Below are positions 52,569 through 60,981 of a DNA stretch of 64,000 nucleotides, in pieces. Every line of letters starts with the position of its first letter. Position 1 is the first letter of the stretch. The notes under the pieces are model-generated. The model was not told where the DNA came from. It was given only the letters and a program-made list of their open reading frames with translations, and made no database searches. The translations under genes and the position numbers were made by a program. The DNA is from Opitutaceae bacterium (GTDB lineage: Bacteria > Verrucomicrobiota > Verrucomicrobiia > Opitutales > Opitutaceae): positions 31,905 through 95,904 of the forward strand of contig JBAZBC010000018.1 in assembly GCA_041671745.1 (NCBI GenBank), given 5' to 3'.

Positions 52569-54869
52569 TCACGGCACGGCCAGTTCGATGTAGCTCACGG
52601 GGCCGTCGGCGAGCGCGGCGGTGTCGATTTCAAAGGTCGCCCAGCCGTCGGCGACGGTCACGGGCAATTCCTGCTGACGCTGTCCGTCTTCGCGCAGGGC
52701 CCAGGCTTTGAAGCGCGCGGCGTTTTCGTTTTTGATCGAGAAGCGCGCGCGGAAAGCGCGCAACAACACAGGCGCGGAGCCCGGCTCGTCGAGAATCTCG
52801 CGGTTCTTTTCACGGTGGGTGCGGAGGCCCGAGTTGTGCGAATCGGTGGCGCCGAAGAGCAGGATGCGGGTGCTTTTTTCCAGCGGTTGGGAATCGAGCG
52901 CGCTGGCGCAGACCGCGACCGGGGTTCCGTCGGTCTCGACCTTGAGGCGGGGCGATTCGAAGAGCCGGAGTTCAGGGGTGAGCACGCTGCCGACGGTGCG
53001 CGACGTCTCGACGGTCATCGTCTTCGCGCGGGTGTTGAGCAGGAGTTCAGCGGTGTCGCTTTCGTAAAGGCCCGCGCCGACATCGGTGCGGTTGCCGGGC
53101 GCGAGGTAATCGGCCTGGCGCAGGGCGGACAGCCAGCGCCCCTGGACGGAGGTATCGCCGCCGGAGTCGTTGACGGCGGCGCCGAGGATGATGGTCATGC
53201 CCGCGCCGCGCCCGGGGGTGAACTGGAGATCGGCGGCCGGGGCGGCTTTCGGGCGGGCGAGGGAGACGCCGGTGACGAGGCCGACGCGGAGAAGGTCGTT
53301 GGAGATGTTGTTGGTCGGCCCCATTTCGAAGGCGATCTTCTCGTCCATGGCGATGGTCGTCTGGCGCTTCGCGGGGGCGACGTCGCCGCGCAGGTAGAGC
53401 AGGGCGGAGGAGCGTTCGCCGGCGCGGGCGGTGGGGTCGTTGAAGATGTGGAAGATGCGGATGAAGTTGTTGTCGCCGAGCGCGACCGGCCATCCGTGGT
53501 GCGCGAGCAGGCTGAAGCCTTGGAAGGAGGCGTAGGCGGGGGCGAAGAGCAGGTCTTCGTGGCGATATTCGTTCCAATAAGGCACGCCCCATTCGGTGAT
53601 GAAGAGGGCTTTTCCGCGGAGACGGGAACCGGCGAGGGCGAGGAAGTCCTTGCCGCTGGCACCGAGCAGACTGGTGTTGGCCATGGTGGCACCGGCGTAT
53701 TCGACGCCCTTGGGTCCGCCGTTGGGGTGATCGTGGTAACCGTGGTTTTCGACGACGTCCATGGCTTCGCGGACGAGGGCGGTCTGGCTGGAGCTGATGA
53801 CGTTGAAATCGACGACGGCCACTTTCACGCCGAGGTTGCGAAGGGCGTTTTTCTGCCAGGCGTAGAGGTCGCGTTCCGAGTCGAGGACGAAGCGCATAAA
53901 ATCCTCGAAGTCGCGTCCGCCGCCGCCCCACGCAGGGTAGCCGACCTCGGCAAAGGATTTGGCGCGCGTGAGGGAGGCGGGACGGCTGCCGCCGGCGGTC
54001 CAGGTTTTTTCGAGAGCGGAAAAGGTGGCGTATTTTTTCTTGAGCCAGAGACGGAAATTCTCGCCGAGAAAATCCGGATAGCGCGCGGGATTGTTGCCGC
54101 GGATGCCGAGGAGGAAGTGGATGCCTTTCTCGTTGCGCGTTTCGAAGGCGACGACTTGGGGTTCGTCTTTCAAGGCGACGCCGGTGTGAGGGTTGACGTG
54201 CTCAAGGAGGGCCTTGGCGCCGGCGAGCCAGTTCTGGCGGGCGGAGTCCTGCCAATACATCTTGAAGGCGAGGAGCGGATCGCCGCGTTTGTCGCGCGAA
54301 GGAAAAGCGTCAAAGAGCGGGTGGTCGGTGGTGATATCGACGTAGAGATAGATGCCGCGTTTTTTGAGGGCGGCGGTGAGGCGGTCGAAGATCTCAAGCT
54401 GGGCGGGATTGAAGACGCCGGGTTTGTCCGAACCGAGCATGAGCATCTGGTCGAGAAAGTGGGTGCGGACGAGGTTGTAGCCGTTGAGGACGAGCTGGTC
54501 GGCGAAGGCGTCGATCTGCTCCTGGGTTTTGTAGGGCCACCAGCTCATCATCATGGTGGTGGCCTGCAGAAACCGCACGGGGCGCTCGGGATCCTCGGCG
54601 AAGACCATCTGGCCGTCGGCGCGGACCTGCGCGAAACCGTGGCGGCCGGCCGGACCGGGCTCGACCAGCGAGGAAAAGTCCAGCGCGGAGCCGGGGACGA
54701 TGGCCGAGTAGTGGCGGTTTTCGAGCGGGAGGTAGAGCGGCTCCGCCCGGGATGGCAGCGGTTGGCCGGAGGCAAGCGGGCACACCCATGACGAGCCTCC
54801 GAGAAGGCCGGCGAGTCCAAGCAGGGCAATGTGACGAAGGCGGGCCGTGAACGAAAAGCGTGGGATCAT
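52569..54869 (-). CDS. Secreted clan GH-A glycoside hydrolase (GH5/GH148-like), third paralog
   Basis: 'LDFSSLVE', 'GYNLVRTHFLD', 'GIYLYVD', 'RNEK', 'ENHGYHDHP', 'ITEWG', 'YESDTAELLLN'. Start set at ATG 54869 (signal peptide follows). Confidence 0.75.
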   Translation of the reverse strand: MIPRFSFTARLRHIALLGLAGLLGGSSWVCPLASGQPLPSRAEPLYLPLENRHYSAIVPGSALDFSSLVEPGPAGRHGFAQVRADGQMVFAEDPERPVRFLQATTMMMSWWPYKTQEQIDAFADQLVLNGYNLVRTHFLDQMLMLGSDKPGVFNPAQLEIFDRLTAALKKRGIYLYVDITTDHPLFDAFPSRDKRGDPLLAFKMYWQDSARQNWLAGAKALLEHVNPHTGVALKDEPQVVAFETRNEKGIHFLLGIRGNNPARYPDFLGENFRLWLKKKYATFSALEKTWTAGGSRPASLTRAKSFAEVGYPAWGGGGRDFEDFMRFVLDSERDLYAWQKNALRNLGVKVAVVDFNVISSSQTALVREAMDVVENHGYHDHPNGGPKGVEYAGATMANTSLLGASGKDFLALAGSRLRGKALFITEWGVPYWNEYRHEDLLFAPAYASFQGFSLLAHHGWPVALGDNNFIRIFHIFNDPTARAGERSSALLYLRGDVAPAKRQTTIAMDEKIAFEMGPTNNISNDLLRVGLVTGVSLARPKAAPAADLQFTPGRGAGMTIILGAAVNDSGGDTSVQGRWLSALRQADYLAPGNRTDVGAGLYESDTAELLLNTRAKTMTVETSRTVGSVLTPELRLFESPRLKVETDGTPVAVCASALDSQPLEKSTRILLFGATDSHNSGLRTHREKNREILDEPGSAPVLLRAFRARFSIKNENAARFKAWALREDGQRQQELPVTVADGWATFEIDTAALADGPVSYIELAVP

Positions 54870-55029
54870 GGGGTATGGCGGATAAGGCGGGCGGCGAGGA
54901 TCAATCCGGACGAGAGAATGGCTGCGGCGGGATGGCACGCCAACAGGGGAATCATGGCGCGATTCTGCAGATAAGAGCGCAACGCGAGCGGTTATGAAAT
55001 CGTTCAATCGGTTCGCGTGGCGGGTTCAT

Positions 55030-55061
55030 AAAAAAGCGGGGGCCGTCCGCACGGCACCCGC
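55030..55061 (-). terminator. Intrinsic terminator downstream of GH10-CBM60
   Basis: Minus strand reads GCGGG-T-GCCGT-gcgg-ACGGC-C-CCCGC-TTTTTT, about 25 bp after the 55086 stop. Confidence 0.7.
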
Positions 55062-55085
55062 GGGTTCCCTTGACTGTGCGCCGGA

Positions 55086-56657
55086 TCAGTATCCGGCAGC
55101 CCAGCCAAAATCGACGTAGCCGTTGGACCAGATTCCTTGGTAGCCTCCGGTCACACTCCCGGCCGAGTTGGGAAAGTATTCCGCCTCCTTGACGAGGCCG
55201 TTGATGGAGATGCGGTCGAGAAGGATGTTCTTGTCCTTGCCGGTGAGGGACAGGCCGTCGTTGGTGAAGGCGATCCTGATATTGTGAACGCCGGTGTAGC
55301 TGCCGGTGTAGCAGTAGTCGGTCAATTCCTTCGACAAATACCAGGTCGCGACGGAGACACCGTCGACGAGCAGTTCCATGCGCTCGCCACCGGCGGTGCC
55401 CCGGGCGCGGATGTAGAACTTGCTGGTGTCGACGAGAGAATATTGGACGCCGTAGTAGGAGGGTTTGGCCGTGTTGTAATCGTCGCCGGTGAAAAAGAGC
55501 GGATACTTGCTGATCTGGTCATAGAGCGGAGGCCGGCTGGTCTGCCACGAGCTGGCATCGGACAGGCCCCAGCTGCAGATCATGTCCACGCCGACTTCAC
55601 GGCAGGCTTTGACGAAGATGTAGTAGCGCTGTTTCTGCACGTTTTGGTAGTTGGCGTCATTGTAGACCATGCCCGCGCCGGTGAGGACGATGTCGAGTTC
55701 GTTAACGTAAACCCGCAGGCCGATGGCCTTGAATTTGGTGACGAGTTGCTTGAACCCGGTCAGGTTGGGCGGGGTGTTGATATCCCAGCTAAAATGGCAC
55801 TGGAGGCCGACGGCATCGAGCTGGGCCCCGCTTTTCACCAGATGCAGGGCGAGTTGGTAGTAGGCCTTGGCGCGATCCGAATTCGGATCGGTTTCCATGC
55901 CGTTTTCGCGAAGTTCGAGGATCTTGCCGGCAGTGCTGCCGGAGGCGGTCCGTGCGCGATCAAGGATGTAGCGGATATATTTGGGGTGTTGGGGATGGAT
56001 TTTATCGGTGCCGGTGAGGCCGGACAAATCGTCTTCCCATCCAAGAGCGTTGAGGACGCATCGGGAGTCAGGCCGGTAGTCCTTAACATTGAGTCCGTTG
56101 GGGACGTCGGAGAAGGCGTTGAAGGGCTCGTTAACGACGTTCCAGATGTCGACCTTGGCGGCGTTGCCGTTGCCGGTTATCACCTGGTTGATCAGAGAAT
56201 CCAGGTGAGTCTTCAGCTGGTCGGGAGTGTAGCTGTTGGTGGCCAACCACGGCGGCATGTAGGAATCGGGGCCGAGCGGGAAGTGGACCAGGAGCTTTTT
56301 GCCATTGGGTCCCGCCCAACTGGTCCAGGTGTTAAGGTTGGTGATGGTGTAGGTATCCACCCCCGGGCTGTTCCAGTGAGAGTAAAACGTGGGCTGGATC
56401 AGATTGCACTCGCGGGCGAGGACCGTCGAAAGCGGGCTCCACTGGTAATATTGGTTGTTGCCGTAACCCGCGTCGGTCTCGGAGCCAATCTCGGTGGCAG
56501 TGGGATCGGTCGCACTCGGGATGTCTTTCCAGCGAAGGCCGGAGGGAATCGTCTGGGCGGTGAGGGCGGCGCCCAAGGAAGCCAGCAGGCTGGCGACGAT
56601 GAAACGCAACGGGGTAACGCGGAGGGAAGGCTCCGCGAGGGGACGTGAGGATAGCAT
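55086..56657 (-). CDS. Secreted GH10 xylanase-like hydrolase with C-terminal Ca-dependent xylan-binding module (CBM60-like)
   Basis: Signal peptide; 'WNVVNEP', 'DAVGLQCH', 'VNELD'; C-terminal 'IRARGTAGGERMELLVDG...IAFTNDG...DKNILLDRISING'. Confidence 0.82.
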   Translation of the reverse strand: MLSSRPLAEPSLRVTPLRFIVASLLASLGAALTAQTIPSGLRWKDIPSATDPTATEIGSETDAGYGNNQYYQWSPLSTVLARECNLIQPTFYSHWNSPGVDTYTITNLNTWTSWAGPNGKKLLVHFPLGPDSYMPPWLATNSYTPDQLKTHLDSLINQVITGNGNAAKVDIWNVVNEPFNAFSDVPNGLNVKDYRPDSRCVLNALGWEDDLSGLTGTDKIHPQHPKYIRYILDRARTASGSTAGKILELRENGMETDPNSDRAKAYYQLALHLVKSGAQLDAVGLQCHFSWDINTPPNLTGFKQLVTKFKAIGLRVYVNELDIVLTGAGMVYNDANYQNVQKQRYYIFVKACREVGVDMICSWGLSDASSWQTSRPPLYDQISKYPLFFTGDDYNTAKPSYYGVQYSLVDTSKFYIRARGTAGGERMELLVDGVSVATWYLSKELTDYCYTGSYTGVHNIRIAFTNDGLSLTGKDKNILLDRISINGLVKEAEYFPNSAGSVTGGYQGIWSNGYVDFGWAAGY

Positions 56658-56824
56658 GGGGTTGTGGGGTCGGTTTTCCGGCGTGGACTTTTCCGGGCGC
56701 GAGAAACAGTTGGGGGGAAGCCGGCGCGCCGTAGTTTGGGGTGGCGACGCTCCGGAGGGGGAGAAAACAAGGCGTTCCTATGCGCGGGCCGTGCCCGGCG
56801 AAAGACCTCTGGTTGCGAAACCGT

Positions 56825-58564
56825 TCAATTCGCCGGACGCGGTTTCCCTTGTCCCGCGGCGTGTGCCTGGAAGAGGGCTTTCACAGCGGCGTAAGCGGCC
56901 TTGGGGCGGCGGTATTCGTCGAGCGTGCCTTTGTTGTTGAAGGTGCGCGGGCGTCGCAGGGAGCGCCCGCCGCCATAGGTGCGCACATCGCTGAAGTGCC
57001 ACAATGCGATGCCGGAACAGCGCGGGTGTTCCAACGCCGAAGAAATGGCCTCGGACAGGTAACGCGCCTGATGTTCCTCGGAGAAAAAATCGTCGTGCGG
57101 ATCGCGCCAGCCGTAGAGCGCCTCTGCTCCGATTTCGCCAACGATAACCGGTTTGTCGGCGAAGCCCGCGCGGTCGATGTGCGCAAAGCAGGCGTGCATG
57201 TGGGGACGGATCAGACTCAACGGATTTTCCACGCCTTCGCAGTCATACCAGCCGGGATAGATGTTGATGGCGATGAGATCGACCAGGTCGTAGTGGCGAT
57301 CCGTCAACGCCACGCGGCTTGCATAGCTGATGAGACGGGACGGATCCAGCGAGCGCAGCAAGCGGACGGATTCCTCCATGATCGGACGGACCGCGTCGGT
57401 GTCCGTCTCGGTCTCGTTAAGAAAGCCCCAGATGATCACGCAGGGGTGATTAAAACTGGCGCGCACCATTGCGCGCATCGCGGCGGCGTGGTCGGCTTGG
57501 AATTTGGGCAGTGCAAACGTGGCCGCGTGCTGGCCCCATCCGAGATTTTCCTCCCACACCAGCATGCCGAGCTCGTCGCACAGATCGAGGAAACGTTGGT
57601 CTTGCGGGTAGTGGGAGCCGCGCACGAAGTTGCAGCCGAGGTCGCGCAGCAGGCGAAGGTCGGAGGCCATCTGAAGCACGGGAGTGGACGGGCCGAAATT
57701 CGGGTGCCACTCGTGGCGGTTGTAGCCGCGCAGGACGAGTTTTTTGCCGTTGAGCCAGAGCGCGCCGGCGCGCGCCTCGATGCGGCGCAGGCCGAAACGC
57801 GCCTGCATGGCATCGGTTTTCACGCCACTCGGATCCAGCAGGGTAACGGACACGGTATGCAGGCGGGGTGTCTCCAGCGTCCAGAGGTGCGCGTCGGGAA
57901 CCGTGGCAGAAAAAACAACCTGATCATCGCGCACGGCATGATCGCGCAATGTCTGCCAGGCGCCTCCATCGAACGAAACCATCAGTCGGGCGCTGCCGCC
58001 GACCTGTCCGCGGAAACGCACGGACACCTCGACCGAACCGTCCCGGTATGACGACGTCGGAAGGACATGGATGGAATCGATCCAGGCGCCCGCAGCCGGC
58101 AGGACATGCAGATGAACATCCCGGATGATGCCGCCGTGCTGGTAGAAATCGAAGAACTCCTCATGCATCGGCGCGCGCTCCCGGTTGAAGCGGTTGTCAA
58201 CGAGGACCAGCACCTCGCGGCGGGACGAGCCGGACGGGGCGATATCGACCTCGAATGGGGCATAGCCGCAGCCGTGGTCGGCCACCGCCCGGCCATCGAC
58301 AAAAACGCGCGCCCAGATTGAGACCGCGCCGAAGACGATCTTCGCGGGCTGACCGGAAGGCACTTCAACGAACCGGCGATAGACGGCCAGACCGCGTTTG
58401 CCGGCATACGGGGTGAGTGCATCGAAGGCCGCCGGCACCGGCATGAGGTCGGCGGGCGCGAAGGAGGCCGGGGAAAACTCCGCGGGATCGAAGGCCCCGA
58501 GGAAGGAAAAATCCCAGAGGCCGTTCAAATCGATTATGGGACGGATCAGTGCGGAGGTTGACAT
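56825..58564 (-). CDS. GH2 beta-glucuronidase/beta-galactosidase-like hydrolase
   Basis: 'LWLNGKKLVLRGYNRHE', 'NFVRGSHYP', 'NHPCVIIWGFLNE', 'VGEIGA', 'NNKG'; no signal peptide. Confidence 0.88.
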   Translation of the reverse strand: MSTSALIRPIIDLNGLWDFSFLGAFDPAEFSPASFAPADLMPVPAAFDALTPYAGKRGLAVYRRFVEVPSGQPAKIVFGAVSIWARVFVDGRAVADHGCGYAPFEVDIAPSGSSRREVLVLVDNRFNRERAPMHEEFFDFYQHGGIIRDVHLHVLPAAGAWIDSIHVLPTSSYRDGSVEVSVRFRGQVGGSARLMVSFDGGAWQTLRDHAVRDDQVVFSATVPDAHLWTLETPRLHTVSVTLLDPSGVKTDAMQARFGLRRIEARAGALWLNGKKLVLRGYNRHEWHPNFGPSTPVLQMASDLRLLRDLGCNFVRGSHYPQDQRFLDLCDELGMLVWEENLGWGQHAATFALPKFQADHAAAMRAMVRASFNHPCVIIWGFLNETETDTDAVRPIMEESVRLLRSLDPSRLISYASRVALTDRHYDLVDLIAINIYPGWYDCEGVENPLSLIRPHMHACFAHIDRAGFADKPVIVGEIGAEALYGWRDPHDDFFSEEHQARYLSEAISSALEHPRCSGIALWHFSDVRTYGGGRSLRRPRTFNNKGTLDEYRRPKAAYAAVKALFQAHAAGQGKPRPAN

Positions 58565-58699
58565 GCGCGAGCCGGCAGGCGGACCAATGAAAGCAGGGAG
58601 AGCTTTCCATCAGAGTCATTCCCCCGGCGCTCGAATCCGTTCAAATGCCTTGGGTTTTATCTGATGGAGACCGCATGTCCGAAGACGGTCCGCCCGGGC

Positions 58700-60796
58700 T
58701 CAAGGTGTGAACAGGCGCAGTTCCTTGACGCGCACGTAGGTGCCGTCCGTCGACAGGAGGCGGATGCGGCTCGTGGAAATGCGATTAAATGACAGGGAGC
58801 GGAACGTGCTCGTGTTTCCCGTGACCTGTGTGCCGGGAATGTCGGACCAGCTGGCTCCATTGTTCCAGGAGGACTGCAGGACGAAGTTGGAGATGGGCAC
58901 GGACGTGCTGTAGCCGGTTTCAACCTCGGCGCGGTTGATCGTGTAGGTCGCGCCCAGATCGATGGCCACCCAATGATTCACGGCGGTGCTTTCGCTGACC
59001 CATCGATTCGCGTCGGAGGTGTTGTCATCGATCGCCATGCCCGGATGGCAGCCAGGCAGATAGCTGTCCGCGGAGGCGGACTTGAATTTCGCCACGTTTG
59101 TGCTGGCGGCGGGCGCGGCGGGCCATTGCCAGGTATCGAGCAGGAAATAATCCATGCTCCGTGCCTGGGTGACGGTGTCGCGCACCGTCACCACCACGAC
59201 GAAGCGACCCGAACCGGAGAACGCGTGCGTCACCGTCGGACTGGCGGTGGTCAGGGTGGCGGAGCCATCGCCGAAGTTCCAGGTGTAGTCGAGGGCGTGG
59301 CCGAGGTTGCCGGTCGCCTTGACGCCGAACTGGGTGGATTGGTTCACGGCGGGCATCGCAGGTTTCGCCCAGCTTTCCAGGGTGATGGTCGGCGCCGGGT
59401 TCGTGGACGACGTGCCGACGGTGAAGAACACCTGTTGAACATCCCTCATATAGCCATCGTCGACGACGAGGATGGCCTGATGCACGCCGGAGGGGAAGGA
59501 CTTGGAGGGATTGGCCTGAAGAGACACGGAACCATCGCTGAAATACCATTGATAACCGAGAGCGCTGCGGCCCTGGCCCGGGTGGGAACCGGCGCTGGAG
59601 AACGCGATCGTCGTCCATGCGGCCGTCGGTCCCACGGGCTGAATCTGCGCGCGGATGACGTTGTCGGCGATTTTGCGGTTTTCCAATCCCTGCCAGACAT
59701 ACGGCCACGCATTCAGCACTTGGCTGACCGAGGTGCCGGACGGCGTGAAGAAGATCTGTGCATGCAAGTGTGGATCGCCGCTGGCCAAGCCGGAATCGCT
59801 GGAGAGTGCCCAGAGCTGGTTGACGCCGACTGAGGAGCCCATGGGCACGATGTGGCCGCCGACGACGCTGCCGTAGCTCGCGATGTCGCAGTGGTGGCTG
59901 CCGAATTCCCAGTGGTCGCCATTGGGGCGCGTGAGATCGTAATAAAAACGACCTTCGCCGTAAGGATCGTATTCCACCCGGCCGGCGACGACGCCGTAGA
60001 TTTCGGTGAGCTCAGGCACGGAGAAATCCAGTCCAGTGTGCACGACGGCTTCGCTGGTGTCGCCTGATTTGCCGAGCCAACTGGTCTTGTTGTCGAGCAA
60101 GGACAACACAGTGGTGGAGCCGCGCACGTCGCGATCAAGGCGTATCCGATAGTCGGGACGTTGCGGCCAGACGGGCGGATTGCTGCCGCCGACGAGCGGG
60201 GCGCCGTCGCGATCCTGTAACAACTGGAACCACAAGCCGGCGGGCGTGCCGGGCGATGTTCCGGAGACGACAACGGGCTTCGTGGCGTCGTTCACCCAGA
60301 TGCGCACATCCCTGTAAGTGATTGCATTCTGGCTGCCGCTTTTGAGCCCCACGGTTGCGTCGTAGTTTTTGATCGTTTCCAAGCCTATGCGCAGGCCGTC
60401 GATCACCTTGGGTTCGTAGAGCGCCTTCATGTGAAACGGTTGGTAAAGGAGCCGGTGCGGATGTCCGTCGACGGTGATGTCCGCCCAGATCAACCACTGC
60501 GCGGGTTTGCTGGTGTCGAGATCGTTGTAGGTGGTTACACCCTTGTTCAGAATGACGATCGAACGTGTGGCGCCGGAGCTCAGCGTGAAATTCAGCGTGT
60601 CGTTGATGTTGAGTTCCATGATCGTGGGAAACGTATCCCAGGTCTTGGAGTAGACGGTCGCATCGGCGCGCGGACAGGCGGCGAACCAGAGGACTGCGCC
60701 GAGCGCGACGAGGTTGAGATGGGCGAGGCCGCGTTTGCCGGCGAGTCTGACGGCGGCGAAAAAACGGAGACGCGGACAATCGATTGAAGAGTGCAT
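58700..60796 (-). CDS. Secreted M23 (LytM-type) metallopeptidase-like domain plus 2 PKD domains plus F5/8 type C domain
   Basis: HTGLD (60026-60040) and HLH (59762-59770) M23 zinc motifs; PKD 'YQWYFSDG' and 'YTWNFGDG'; discoidin 'AIDDNTSDANRWVS..WVAIDLG'. Start set at ATG 60796; the longer ORF extension overlaps GH2. Confidence 0.72.
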   Translation of the reverse strand: MHSSIDCPRLRFFAAVRLAGKRGLAHLNLVALGAVLWFAACPRADATVYSKTWDTFPTIMELNINDTLNFTLSSGATRSIVILNKGVTTYNDLDTSKPAQWLIWADITVDGHPHRLLYQPFHMKALYEPKVIDGLRIGLETIKNYDATVGLKSGSQNAITYRDVRIWVNDATKPVVVSGTSPGTPAGLWFQLLQDRDGAPLVGGSNPPVWPQRPDYRIRLDRDVRGSTTVLSLLDNKTSWLGKSGDTSEAVVHTGLDFSVPELTEIYGVVAGRVEYDPYGEGRFYYDLTRPNGDHWEFGSHHCDIASYGSVVGGHIVPMGSSVGVNQLWALSSDSGLASGDPHLHAQIFFTPSGTSVSQVLNAWPYVWQGLENRKIADNVIRAQIQPVGPTAAWTTIAFSSAGSHPGQGRSALGYQWYFSDGSVSLQANPSKSFPSGVHQAILVVDDGYMRDVQQVFFTVGTSSTNPAPTITLESWAKPAMPAVNQSTQFGVKATGNLGHALDYTWNFGDGSATLTTASPTVTHAFSGSGRFVVVVTVRDTVTQARSMDYFLLDTWQWPAAPAASTNVAKFKSASADSYLPGCHPGMAIDDNTSDANRWVSESTAVNHWVAIDLGATYTINRAEVETGYSTSVPISNFVLQSSWNNGASWSDIPGTQVTGNTSTFRSLSFNRISTSRIRLLSTDGTYVRVKELRLFTP

Positions 60797-60981
60797 TGGG
60801 CGGAACTTTTTTTGGGGTAACGGACCAGCGGGGAAACTGGCGAAATTGATGGTGGATGAATCATCCGCACCAAGTTCTGAACGGGGCAGGTTACCTCGCG
60901 GCAACCGGGTTGTTGGACTGGGGACCTGCAGGGGCTGGCAAGCACACTGAGTGAGCGAGCCGTTGACTCTACAGCTTTGAT

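Noticed and set aside
50437-56648. Long opposite-strand ORFs (50437-52383, 52815-54791, 55137-56648)
   Set aside because: Each is antisense to a motif-supported hydrolase and reads as low-information shadow sequence.
58606-58668. TCCATCAGA...TCTGATGGA inverted repeat between the M23 and GH2 genes
   Set aside because: 9-bp arms with a 45-nt spacer; no riboswitch consensus or U-tract recognised, so too weak to call.
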